A DNA stretch of 63,985 nucleotides, filler included, from Reclinomonas americana ATCC 50394 (taxonomy: Eukaryota), in the NCBI GenBank assembly GCA_048213135.1. It is 7 parts of 4 records of this genome, joined end to end, with 100 filler letters (N's around TTAATTAATTAA, not from the genome) between each part and the next. Parts side by side here need not be neighbours in the genome. Positions count along the whole stretch, not along the records: positions 23,544 to 29,587 come from PS015439.1; positions 29,688 to 39,329 come from PS015440.1; 5 more parts are not named here. One strand, given 5' to 3'. The first letter of the stretch is position 1. Each line of letters starts with the position of its first letter. Under the pieces are notes generated by a model. The model ran no database searches. It had not been told where the DNA came from and saw only the letters and a program-made list of their open reading frames with translations. Shown piece by piece: positions 25,301 to 37,963 of this stretch. Made by a program: the position numbers and the translations under genes.

Positions 25301-28300
25301 GGTCGACGATAGTGTGCCAATCACTCCGTTCAAGGCTAGAGGCGGTGTGTAGGTGTTGCTGGACAATGTCGGTGCAATTGGAATCACATTAGCTGATGTC
25401 ATCAACCGTGAGCCACAAGATAAGTCAATCGAGGGCAAACGAATAGCATCAAACCTTCGCTAATTGTAAACGTTGTGGTCGCCGTCAGTGTGCCGTCACT
25501 GACTCGCACAGTCACTTGCAGGTTGTTGCCCGTGAGGCCAGCCACACTAGAACGCAAACTCGTGCCGCTGATGTTGAACGACGCCGAGTTGGTACCGCCA
25601 GTAATGGTATACGTTAGTGTCTGGCCAGTGTTTGGGTCGGTTGACGAGAGCGTGCCGATCACTCCGTTCGAGGCAAGCGGGGGAGTATACGTCGACGACG
25701 ACAGTGCCGGTGCTGTCGGTGCAACATTGACTGCGAGATGTTGCTGAATTGTAAGCGTACAGCAGTGAATCAAACGGATGACTTCAACGAACGCCAAACC
25801 TTCGCTTATGGTGAAAGTCGCGCTTGCCGTTCCGCCCGCTCCATCACTGACTTGCACGATAACTTGCAGATTGTTCCCCGTGAGACCTGCCACATTTGAT
25901 CGCAGGCTGGTGCCACTAATGTTGAATGACGCCGAGCTGGTGCCACCGGTGATTGTGTACGTCAGGGTCTGACCCGTGTTGACATCTGTCGACGCCAGAG
26001 TGCCGATCACTCCATTAGAGGCAAGCGGCGGAGTGTATGTCGATGAAGACAGGGTCGGCGCAGTCGGTGCGACATTGGCTGTAACATCGGTCGTGTGAGT
26101 CACACGATGAAAGGATTGAGAGAGTCCAGAGGAAAACAACACACTGACCTTCGCTGATGAGAAAGGTTGACGTCGCCGTCAGAGTTCCATCACTGACTCG
26201 CACAATCACTTGCAATCCGTTGCCAGTAAGACCGGCCACACTTGATCGCAGACTGGTGCCACTGATGTTGAAGGAGGCTTGATTCGTGCCACCGGTGATT
26301 GTGTACGTCAGTGTCTGACCAGTGTTGGGATCGGTTGATGACAAGGTGCCAATCACTCCGTTCGTGGCGAGAGGTGGAGTGTACGTGTTGCTCGACAGCG
26401 CGGGCGCTGTCGGCGCAACGTTGACTGCGATTCGGCGATGATGTCAGCGACCACTGTCGGCAAGCAATTGCTTCAGAGACATTGCAGAGACGTACAAACC
26501 TTCGCTGATGGTGAACGTGGCACTAGCCGTGCCTCCTGCCCCGTCACTCACTTGCACGATGACTTGCAGGTTGTTGCCAGTGAGACCTGCCACATTGGAT
26601 CGCAAGCTAGTGCCGCTGATGTTGAACGACGCCGAGTTGGTACCGCCAGTGATCGTGTACGTCAGTGTCTGACCCGTGTTGGGATCGGTTGACGAGAGCG
26701 TGCCGATCACTCCGTTCGAGACAAGCGGGGGAGTATACGTGCTACTTGACAGCATCGGTACCGTCGGTGCAACATTGACTGCGTGATGCGGGTGAGTTAT
26801 CAGCGCACAACGGTGAAACGATTGGATGACTTCAACGAAAATACCTTCGCTGATGGTGAATGTGGCACTCGCAGTCCCTCCCGCGCCATCACTCACTTGT
26901 ACGATGACTTGTAGATTGTTGCCCGTCAACCCAGCCACATTCGATCGCAAACTCGTGCCGCTAATGTTGAATGAAGCCGAGTTGGTGCCACCGGTGATTG
27001 TGTACGTCAGCGTCTGACCCGTGTTGACATCAGTCGACGCCAAAGTGCCTATCACGCCGTTCAGCGCGAGCGGGGAAGTATACGTCGACGATGACAGTGT
27101 CGGTGCAGTCGGCGCGACATTGGCTGTAACACCGAACGTGTGAGTACACGATAAGTGGATTGAGAGAGTCCAGAGGAAAACAACACACTGACCTTCGTTG
27201 ATGAGAAAGGTTGTCGTCGCTGTCAGAGTTCCATCACTGACCCGCACAATCACTTGCAAGCCGTTGCCCGTGAGGCCAGCAACACTCGATCGCAAACTGG
27301 TGCCACTGATGTTGAATGATGCCTGATTCGTGCCACCCGTGATGGTATACGTCAGTGTCTGGCCAGTGTTGGGGTCGGTTGACGAGAGAGTGCCAATGAC
27401 TCCATTCAAGGCGAGCGGAGGTGTGTAGGTGCTGCTTGACAGCGTCGGTGCAGTCGGCGCAACATTGACTGACGGACAAGACGGGGAATCAGACGGCAAG
27501 TGATGCAACCAAAGACGTAGAAGTGCTCAAACCTTCGCTGATAGTGAAAGTCGAGGTCGCCGTCAACGATCCGTCACTGACTCGCACAATCACTTGCAGG
27601 TTGTTACCTGTCAGTCCGGCCACATTAGATCGCAGACTCGTGCCGCTGATGTTGAACGACGCCGAGTTCGTGCCACCCGTGATGGTGTACGTCAGTGTCT
27701 GACCCGTGTTGACATCGGTTGACGCCAGAGTGCCAATCGCTCCATTCAAGGCGAGCGGAGGTGTGTAAGTGCTGCTCGACAGCGTCGGTGCCGTCGGCGC
27801 AACATTGACTGACGGACAAGGCTGGATTCAGACGGCTAGCGATGCAACTGAAGACTGACATGGACGCAAACCTTCGCTAATGCTGAACGTCGTGCTTGCC
27901 GTGCCTCCCGCGCCATCGCTCACTTGTACGATGACTTGCAAGTTGTTGCCAGTGAGGCCAGCCACATTCGATCGCAAGCTGGTTCCGCTGATATTAAACG
28001 ATGCCGAGTTGGTGCCGCCCGTGATGGTATACGTCAGAGTCTGACCGGTGTTCACATCCGTCGACGCCAGCGTCCCAATCACGCCGTTCAAAGCGAGCGG
28101 CGGGGTGTACGTGTTGCTGGTGAGAGTTGGCGCAGTCGGTGCCACATTCGCTGCGGGGTGGCACAATGTTAGGACACAAAAACGGATGATGGGTCCCAAC
28201 AATTACCGCAAGCACACACCTTCGTTGATTGTAAACGTCGAGGTCACAGTCACAAATCCGTCCAGGACCCGCACAACTACTTGCAGTCCATTGCCAGTGA

Positions 28301-29536
28301 GGCCAGCCACGTTTGATCGCAAGCTCGTGCCGCTGATGTTGAAGGAGGTTTGATTCGTGCCACCAACAATGGAAAATGTCAGCGTCTGGCCAGTGTTGGG
28401 ATCCGTCGACGACAGCGTGCCGATCACTCCGTTCAAGGCCAGTGGCGGTATGTACGTGTTATTTGACAGAGCCGGTGCCGTCGGCGTAACATTGGCTGCG
28501 TGATGCCACTGAGTTGTCAGCGCACGCAAGTGAATGGCTATTGAAATCGACGACAGATACCACACCTTCGCTGATGGTGAACGTGGCACTCGATGTGCCT
28601 CCCGCTCCATCGCTCACTTGCACAGTTACTTGCAGGCTGTTGCCAGTGAGACCAGCCACATTCGATCGCAAGCTGGTTCCGCTGATGTTGAACGACGCCG
28701 AGTTGGCGCCGCCGGTGATCGTGTACGTCAGTGTCTGGCCCGTGTTCACGTCCGTCGAAGCCAGAGTGCCAATCACGCCGTTCAGCGCGAGTGGCGGAAT
28801 GTACGTGCTGCTCGACAGAGTTGGCGCAGTCGGCGCAACATTGGCTGACGGGGAGAGCGGTGAGTTTCACGACAAACGGTGCGAGGGGGCAGAGAAACAA
28901 CAACAAACTTTCGTTGATAGTGAAGGTTATGCTTGCTGTCAGTGTCCCGTCACTGACTCGCACAATCACTTGTAGGTTGTTGCCCGTGAGGCCAGCCACA
29001 TTCGACCGCAGACTCGTGCCGCTGATGTTAAACGACGCCGAGTTGGTGCCACCATTGATCGTGTACGTCAGCGTCTGACCAGTGTTGGGATCCGTCGACG
29101 ACAGTGTGCCAATTGTTCCGTTCAGGGCCAGAGGAGGAGTGTACGTCGACGAGGATAGAGTCGGTGCCGTCGGTGCAACATTGGCTGCCAACAGGAAATC
29201 ACCAGTGTCAGCCACAATAATCGGACTCAGCTCCTAAACGCATTTGGTGGGCCTGACCTTCGTTGATGAACCACGTCGTGCTTGCTGTACCACCAACACC
29301 GTCGCTCACTTGCACAGTCACTTGCAAGTTGTTGCCAGTGAGGCCTGAAACATTGGACCGCAAGCTCGTGCCGCTGACGTTGAACGACGAAGCATTCAAG
29401 CCACTGGTAATGGTATAGGTCAGCGTCTGGCCCGCATTGCTATCCGTCGACGACAGCGTGCCGATAATGCCATTTAAGGCTAGGGGCGGTATGTACGTCG
29501 TGCTTGACAGGGTCGGTGCAGCGGGGGCAAAGTTGG
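16346..29536 (-). CDS. Giant extracellular protein of tandem cadherin-like domains, one domain per exon; both ends missing
   Basis: 37 complete exons of 276/279/282 nt plus 3 partial pieces (for example 29258-29536, 28909-29184, 28566-28844 ... 16838-17116, 16491-16769). All 38 visible introns are phase 1, GT-AG, 59-78 nt. Consensus NVAPTAPTLSSSTYTPPLALNGVIGTLSSTDPNTGQTLTYTITGGTNSASFNISGTSLRSNVAGLTGNNLQVIVQVSDGAGGTASTTFTISE. No stops or frameshifts seen. Confidence 0.88.
16346..29536. repeat. Tandem exon+intron repeat array, unit about 345 bp
   Basis: Recurring exon DNA at about 340-355 bp spacing. Exons are conserved and introns mostly diverged. Confidence 0.95.
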
Positions 29537-30184
29537 CTACAATCACCAGAGGGTGAGGAAGACGCAAGCAAGCAAAGGAGAGTGAATNNNNNNNNNNNNN
29601 NNNNNNNNNNNNNNNNNNNNNNNNNNNNNNNTTAATTAATTAANNNNNNNNNNNNNNNNNNNNNNNNNNNNNNNNNNNNNNNNNNNNAAATTCAATCATT
29701 CATCGTTCATTGACTGTGTGTTGACGAAGATTCTCAAGCAAGGGAGGGGGGAAAGCTATGTCAAAAAACAAGGAGGAGTAGTACGCGGACCAAGATATAC
29801 ATACATGCGAGAAGGGGGGGTGGGTTGGATGGAGAAACTCTAACGGGGTGGCGGAAACAAGAGCAAGACATGACAACAACAACAGGAGAGGGAGGAGCGC
29901 GCGGCGCTGGGAAAATCAATACCCGCAGCCGACATACACAACAGCTGGGGAGGGACGGCGCGCAGGAGAATTCAGGCTCAGATGCACATGCACGCACGCG
30001 CACACAGCAAAGACACTTACAGGGCAGGTGGCGCGCGGCACAGACGCACACAGGATTTTTTCACCAAAGTACAGGAAAAATTATTCACAGGAGACACACC
30101 AAAGGGGGGAAAAGACTACGGAGTGGAGGCAGAGGGAAAGGAGAGCAGCGGCTCCTCTCCAACCAGCGGTAGCAGGCACGGGAA

Positions 30185-30844
30185 TTACGTGTCGTACACG
30201 CTGACCGCGTTGGACCTGTTCACCAGAAAATGGAGTGAGTCGACAGGAAATGTGGCGAGAGAGCGAGAGAGTGCACGCAAGCGTACCGCTGGAAGAATCG
30301 GAACGACGGAGTGATAATGGACAGGAATCCATCGACCGTCTGGTCGCTCAACAGCACAGCCAGCCGCAACTGAGTACCACGCAGCAATTGCGAGGAAAAA
30401 AAGTGAGCACATTACTGGGAACAGGAAAAAACATGGCCACACGCACCTGCGGGCAGCGTGCACGCTTCCGCTTGCCGAGCTTGAACTTGACAAGCAGAGA
30501 GATCTGCCCCTGCTGCGTCGCAGCATCGAGCTCCACCAACTCGGCCTCGTTGGCAATTACTGGTTCGTCCTCAGCTAATCGAAAAAAACCAAGTGAGTCG
30601 CCTCGCATTGGTATTGTCGGGTGAAGATTTGGCGACGAAACTGCTGAGCAGCGGATCAGCTGGGTTGGTGAGCACCTGCGCCTCCAGGATCGGCTCTGGT
30701 GCACTGCGTTAACACCGTATGTTCAGCTTTTTTCAGACAGAAACGGGAGTTGCGCACAATGACAGCTTCCGCAACATCCACTCCAGCGGCTTCAGTGCCA
30801 GTGCCAGCGACTGCACGACGAGCCCACGGTTCGGCATCACCAAT
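30185..30844 (-). CDS. Uncharacterised multi-exon protein, 3' part
   Basis: Plausible in-frame splice path ...AEDEPVIANEAELVELDAATQQGQISLLVKFKLGKRKRARCPQ|TVDGFLSIITPSFRFFQ|RSNAVSVYDT-TAA. No recognised domain. Confidence 0.4.
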
Positions 30845-31583
30845 CTACACACAGCGCAATCGGATGAGAAAAACGACACAAATTCCTTTTCAGGAAATCA
30901 GTGCGAAAAATAGGTNNNNNNNNNNNNNNNNNNNNNNNNNNNNNNNNNNNNNNNNNNNNNNNNNNNNNNNNNNNNNNNNNNNNNNNNNNNNNNNNNNNNN
31001 NNNNNNNNNNNNNNNNNNNNNTCTCTCCCTCTCTCGCGCGTCGCCACACGACTTTACGGATATGGGAATCTCGAACGCGCGCCACCCATCGTCGATCTCA
31101 TAGAGATTATTGGAGTATCACGCACGCGCGGGGTGAGGAGAGAATAGGTGCCGAAGTGGTTGGACCCCCGCGCACATATGAATGCGAGTGTGCATGTGGC
31201 CGGCACGCGTGTGTCAATGGCGATGATGTAAACGACTGACGCACTAACGGTCGACACGGAAAAACGCGTGTGCGTCGTGGCATTGCGGAGTAAATGGCGC
31301 TGTGTGAGGTGTGTGTGCCAGCTCCCACACCACGTGGCTCCAACTGCATGGCACGCGAAATGCAACAAGAACCGAGGGGACTCGATTCACTCTCCGTCCT
31401 CGTGCGTGCGAATGTAGACAGAATTTCGATATCTCTCTCTTGTCTAATGTCCGACGAACAGTCGATTCTCTCACGCACTCTCGCACTCTTCTGTCTCTCT
31501 CTCGCTCAGTGGCATCGGCGGCAGAGAGAGTGCACACGCGCAGAGTGTGGGTTCTTCTGCAAACACGCGCGCTCTCCTCATTC

Positions 31584-34500
31584 TCAGGCGACAATGTACC
31601 GGTGCAGCAGCTGGCGCGCCAGCGCATGATTGCCCGAGGTGCGGTAGATCAGCGACAGGTTGAAGGCGATTTCCGGCTGCAGCGGGCCGGGGCACGACAG
31701 CGCCCGTTCGTAGAGTGGAGTGGCAAGGTGGCACAAGTCGATTCCCTGTAATGCGCGCGCCAAATTGTAGAGTGCCTGCAAGCGAGGAATCAGCGCCTCG
31801 CTCTCTCTCTCTGTTGTGTGTGCGGCCACTCAAACCTCTTGCAAGTGCGTGCCGCTGTAGCGGTGGTGCAAGTAGTGCAGCAACCAGGCGAATGCCTGCG
31901 CCACAATGTACGGCTGTCGCCGCGCGGTTCGCGACGATGCCGACAGCAAGTGCGCCACGCCTGTGTTTTTTTCGTGACCCCCGTAAATACCGGAGGAGGA
32001 GGAGGAGGGGGGAGGAAGAAGAGTAACGTACCGAGACACAGGTGCACCAGTGGATCGCGCGGTCGCATGCGGTACACCTGCTGATAAAAAGCGATTGCCA
32101 GCGAGTATGACTTGCTGGCGAGGAAGTTATGGGCCACCATCAGCAGACACGGTGGACTGTCCTTGTGAGTCCGCTTGAGGCGTAGCTGCGAGGGAGCATG
32201 TTCAGCGACAGCGTTCAGCGGCACAATGAACACAACAGAACGAAACAACGATGCGCTTCTGTGAGGTAAAGGACGAGGAGCACGGGAGGAGGCTGTTGTA
32301 AAACTGCCACAGTCGCAGCGAGTCCGACTTGAGATTCATGGCCCACGTGAGCTTCTCCAGTGCCTTCTTTGTCTGACCAGCCACGGCCCACACTCCTGCG
32401 AGTGCACACACAGTTGGTGTTTGGGAGCGTGATAAAATGCGAGTATGTGCACACACACGCACCGATCCTCAGAAACATGATGCCGTCGCGAAACTGCGCC
32501 ATTTCTCGGGCCTTGTAACGACCCTCCACAAGCTCGAGCATGGCAAATGCTTCGGAGAGGCGGCCCTTTTGCGCCAGCACGCGCACCGCCTGTGCAGCCC
32601 AGTCAAAGTGTCAGCCTTGCAAAATCAATCAACGGTGACGGTCGAGCTTCGCACCTTGCGCACGAGATCGTCCACATCGGCAGTGGAAATCACTTTGCGC
32701 AGATCTCCCCACGCTGACCGGTGGGCGCCATCTAATTGCCGAATACATGGTGAGCGCCACGACGCTGTTCATCCTTCTCTCCCGCTCTATAGCACCCACC
32801 TACTGCAACGGCGCCGGCATGCTCCTCACGCAGTCGACTGGCCTTGGCGGCACCGCGCTGTCACAAGGTCGCACGGTGCTCAGGCAGGAATTATGCGCGA
32901 AGAACGCGACGATTGACTCACCTCCTCGCGCACAAAGCCCCGCTCGATAATGCGCTTGGCGAGCGACAAGAATTTTTCCCAGTCGCCGGTTCGGTGATGC
33001 ATGAGGGCGGCCTTCCACGTGTCGAGCGGATTCTGTTCGTCTGTGTGTGTATGTGTGCGCATGTCAGCGAGGAGAGAGAGGGAGATTGCCCATGCACACA
33101 ACGTTCACACCATCGAGCTCAGCCGACAAAGCCTCCGCATCAGCACTCCGTCCTAATTGCCTGTACAACTCGCACAACTCCACCTTGCTCTGGTGATCAT
33201 TGATGAGGCGAATGGCTGGAGAGAAGCATACACGCACGCGCGTGAGTCGATACAGCGGTGAGAGTTCAATATCAAAAAGGCCAGCGACGATGCATGTACG
33301 CAACAGCGCCGATAATCCTCCAAGGCTTCCAACACGCGACCAAGTGCTCTCTTGCAATTGGCCATGTGATACGACAGCTGGCGGTACTCGGTTTCAGCGT
33401 ACGGTTCCAGGGCGGCATAATACTGCAGAGCCTCTTCGTGGTGTCCGAGCAGGTGAAAGCTGTCGACGCGACGATTGTGAATGACAACGTGCTACACAGA
33501 CTGTGACGGCGACGCCTTGCCGACGACGCAACGACTCGCCCACTCGAAAGTACATGTCATGGTACTCCACAATCGGTTGCTGCTTCACCAGAGCCAATGT
33601 TGGCGCTGCCTGCGAGACATGTGCGCGCGTGAGAACACACGATCACCGCCGAATGATGACGACTGTACTCGGCACTCACCACTGACAGCTCACCCAGCCG
33701 CGCTTGACAGATGGCGTCGAGAATCCGCAAGTCGCGGTGCCGAGCGGGAACGGGCGTCGCAAAGGCATCCCACACTTCGCGGATGGCCTCTCGTGCCGCC
33801 ATGTATTGCTGTCGTTCCACCAGCAAACGCGACAGCGTGTTGACCATGGTGTTCGCACTGACCACGTCGGGAATGATGGCCACCGGCTGTTGACCTGCAC
33901 CCCGCAATAGCACGCAAATGTCAGCACGATGTCACCCACTCGGTAACTTGCGCGCGCGGGGAGCGAGATGTAACGAGCAGCGCGTGCATTGCGACACACT
34001 AGGCTGAGATGCTCCTTCACGACTTCGATCATGTCGTCCACGTTCTTTGCTCGGTACAGTGTGTCGGCGAGTTGCATCACCAACGTGGGCGACATGGGCA
34101 TGTGGCGGAAGCCGGCACGAAGCACCTGCAGGCGACTCAGCGACATGGAGACGGGCGGGAGTGTGCACGATAGAGAATAAAGACGCACACACCTTTTGTG
34201 CCAATGCTGGTTTGCCGTTCTGCTCGTGTAGCATGGCGGCTTGGAGCCACAGGTGTTCGTCTTGTTTGCGTAGGCGCGCAATCCTGTCGGCACAGTGCGC
34301 TTGGATTGACAGGTTTCCGGCCTACAAACGCGATTCAGGTGGACACACTGCCAAGCAACCGCGCAAGTCTCACACCTGTTGAGCGGCCTCCAGCGCCTCC
34401 GACCACTGGTGCACATCGCGCCGAGAGAGCGTGGCCGCGCAANNNNNNNNNNNNNNNNNNNNGGGAGAGGGGGAGAGAGAGAGAGAGAGCATCAGAGAGT

Positions 34501-34733
34501 TCTATCAAGCCAAGCGCACACACGCGTGCATTCTATTCGTACACACCATCCGCACGCGCACCACGTGAGCGAGACAACTGGCGGGAGTCTGCGGCGATTG
34601 TGTGTGCGGGTGGTGCAGCCGCCGATGCATCTCCCATGGCGGTGAGCAGCGTATCCTCGCCGCCTAATGAGCGCGCCAGACGCACAGCATCACTCGCAGC
34701 ATTGGCATGCCGCGATCTGCGCGCCGAGGCCAT
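31584..34733 (-). CDS. GTF3C3: General transcription factor IIIC subunit 3 (Tfc4/TFIIIC102), TPR protein
   Basis: TPR-like helices. The C-terminus PLVHLCLG...HLQE|ALYNLARALQGIDLCHLATPLYERAL...EIAFNLSLIYRTSGNHALARQLL matches the Tfc4 C-terminal signature. Confidence 0.8.
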
Positions 34734-34785
34734 TGAATAGAATAGAAAGACAAGTTGATGGGACATCTTCGTTCTTTCACTTTAT

Positions 34786-37700
34786 TCACCGCTCCTCCAC
34801 CCTTCCCAGATCAATGACGCCTACAAACATCGCAAAGTCGTCGTAGCGACCACGGTCGGGGGCGTAGGCTTCACGATGTGCAAAGAACGTGGCGGCCTTC
34901 TCTGCAAAGTCCTCCCAGTATGGTCGAACTTCCACGCCTTCCTCCTCGCCCTTGCGGCATTCGGTCCACGCCGACAGCAGGAGCTTGCGCAACTGCTCGC
35001 CCACCCAGTCGTGCTCCTCTTGCTGTGACATAGACTTGTTAGCTTACTGCGCACGAAAGGCACGGCAAGTGAGAGAGAAGAGACGCACCAGTACGAATCG
35101 GTAGCGCGTGCTATCGTCGTGAATGTAGCTCCAGAATCCGTCGCTCGCCATGATGAAGATGACCTGGTGGCGTGGCTTGGTGTAGTGAATCACCTTCCGC
35201 CGCACAACAGCTGGTGCTGCTGAGCCTTGCGGCGCCGACGACGACGACACCGTTGCACCAGCGGGAAGTGCCGGCAGTGGCGGTGGCGGCGGTGTGGAGG
35301 ATGACACCGATGGGGGCGGAGGTGGTGGTGGAGGTGGAGGTGGAGGTGGAGGCGGCGGCGGCGTAGGAAGTTTTCGCGTGTGCGAAGACGCTCGCGTGGC
35401 ACCCGCCGCCGGTGGATCGCCAGAGATGTTGACCAACGTGAACGACGACTTCGCAGCTGTCTTGGATGGACGCGCTTTGCTGCGCTTCCGTGCCGGAGCC
35501 GAACTGGAGTCGTCCGCGGATGCACGGGATCGCTTCTTGGCGGTGCTGGTGGTGGTGGATTTCGTCGCCATCGGCTTGCGCGCCGCCTGCACCACCACTG
35601 CGGCGGCCGGTAACCTCAGCGTCTCGCGCCACTCCAGCTCACCCTCCGAGTCTTCGTCGTCCACCGTGGAGAGCACTTCCAACTGCTGCACCGACCGTGC
35701 GACCTTGAGTCGCAGCATTCCCCTCCGACGCCGGCGGGCACGATTGCGCGCTCGTGCGGCAGGAGCGTCGGAGGCAGGCGATCGTTCCGGCGACGACGTC
35801 AACATCCCCGATGAGCCCGACGGTGACTGCGTGACCAGCGGCGCACTGCTGTCCATGTCCATTGCAGAGGAGATGGACTCGGGAGTCGACTGCGAGGCGC
35901 GATGCAGTGCGCTCTCCGCAGCCGTTGCCGCTGCCGTTGTCGGTGTCGTCGTCGTTGTCGTTGTCGTCGTCGTCGTCGTTGTCGTTGTCGTTTCACTGAC
36001 ATCGGCAGGCACACCGACATTGGTGGCCGCTGATCGCGACGCTGCCATCACAGCGAGCGTCCTTCCCGACCGCCGGGTGTACGACTTCTCGCCTGCATTT
36101 GCACGTCGTGAAGCCGAAGACTTTGCCTTGCGGGCATCGGCATCCCATTCTGCAACACACATGAGCATCGCTGACACTTCTTCTGCGTCTTCTCCCACAC
36201 TGTGGTCAATCGCACGCGTACCAGCACTGTCCGGCAGCGGAGCACCTCCATGGCTCGTGTATTCTACGCATCATCATCATCATCATCGTCACTGACTAGT
36301 GGGGTGGAGAACACAGACGGACAGCAAGTCGCACCTTCCAGAACTCGGTCGGCCGACGGCAATGTGAAATGTGGTGCAACGGAACCTGCTGCGCGAACAA
36401 GAGTGCGTGAGATGAAGCCTGCGAGTTCGCCAGCCGCCAGCACACTTACCATACTTGCCTCCGCGTGGTTTAGCACCGACAGCGTTGTCGACAGGTGTTG
36501 CTCTCGACGATGCCGACGCCGAGTGTCCCTCACCGCCAACGGCGACGACTGGCATGCTCATCTCCACGTCGCCACCGCCGCCGGACAACGCTACCAGTTG
36601 CTCCTGCATCTGGAGTCGCGCGTCCGCTACATGAGCAGACGGTGGCAACGACGGAGATGGAGGTGAAGAGAGCTCGTCCACCTCCGGCATTGGCGACAGC
36701 GGTGCGACGAACTCGTCAGACGACGGCCCGGATCCTTGAGTTGGTGGGTGCACGTCGTCGGCCGACGGCACATACGCGTCGTAAAGCGCCGCTACAAGGT
36801 CATCGGCATCCATACCTACGCCAGCATTCAGTCTCATACAACCACAACAAGAAAACGTGCACCACAAACACACCAATATGCCGATCGGGACCATGCTCAT
36901 GGCTGTCGTGCGGCTGTGCGCACTCCTCGGATCGCTTCTCGTCGTCTGGAGACGGACCTGGCAGAGAGCAATAAAAAGAGTCAGCAGAAATGCAACCATA
37001 AGCGGCAGAACATTCACCCGCCTCTCACGCAACTCAGACCCTGCCGATAAATATCCGATGTCGGCGGCGCTGGACCGGCGGACGGAGGAAACGGCAAGCG
37101 CATCGGATTCGCTGCTGTGTACAGCATGCACAAGTGAGTCCATCTCGTGCATCACACTCGTTCGTCTCTTTTGCCATCCATCACGCAACGCCAGGAAAAC
37201 GCATTAGTCTCCGGCTGTGGCAAGTTCACGGCGGTCGGCGACTGCCACTGCAACCGGCTCCCCGTCAACCAGCCGGCCTGCGGGCCAGAAGCTGGCGTCA
37301 TCGTCGTCTGCGTGGTGGCAGATGGCACCAAGGAGTACATTGGCGTCGATGATGGCGGAGGAACATGAAATCCCTCTCCAAGGGACGGCAAGCCTCCACC
37401 TGCCACAGCCGCGAACGGGTGTCCCATGGAGCCTCCTACGCCAGCACCACCAATCACCGCCATATTAAACTGTGCACCGAGAACGGGCAGCGGGTAGCCA
37501 CTATCAGCCGTCATACGACGAGAGGTGGGCGCCAGAGTCGAATTTGGTTGATGAGCAATGTACGACGGTCCAGGTAGAACTGGCGGCGGGCGCATGACCG
37601 TCGTCGGCAGCGCAGTCGCCGTCACGTGAACACGCTCACCCACAGGCGTCAACGACGCAAGCTGTGGCGGCAGCGGGACAGGAGACGCAAGCACCATGGA

Positions 37701-37963
37701 CTGATGCCCCGGCGGCGAAGACACCGATGGCGAGAGAGAAGCAGAACTCAAGCCAGCTGGAGCGCCTGTCGGTGCAGACGGCGGCGACAACCGGAGCCCA
37801 AAGTCGCCCTCCAGCCCCGTCGACACCAGTTGCACCATCGTACCACTGCCGGCGGAACCGGCGGGCGATCGAGGACCCGAACTGGCTGGTTGTACGATAG
37901 GCAACGGCACCGGCGGTGGAAGGTTGATGGTCGGTGTCGCCACTCCCTTCGGCACTGCCGCCG
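34786..37963 (-). CDS. C-terminal part of a PP2C/PPM-type phosphatase with long low-complexity insertions
   Basis: SAGTRAIDH (SRAxGD-like), QVIFIMASDGFWSYI and RYDDFAMFV motifs separated by Thr/Ser/Pro-rich tracts. TGA at 34786-34788. Confidence 0.7.

Noticed and set aside
16346..29536. Repeat-spacer periodicity resembling a CRISPR or cassette array
   Set aside because: The repeats are 276-282 nt coding exons and the spacers are GT-AG introns. No cas, recombinase or reverse-transcriptase gene was seen in the window.
35294..36295. Long antisense ORFs (also 44615-45505, 61067-61906 and many in the array) and long X-filled ORFs
   Set aside because: These are shadows of GC-rich low-complexity coding strands or read-through of N gaps, with no independent motifs or splice signals.
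36820..37030. Two apparent transmembrane helices in ORF 36289-37188
   Set aside because: Both fall in short introns (donors G|GTCTGA and G|GTGTGT). The spliced frame is hydrophilic.
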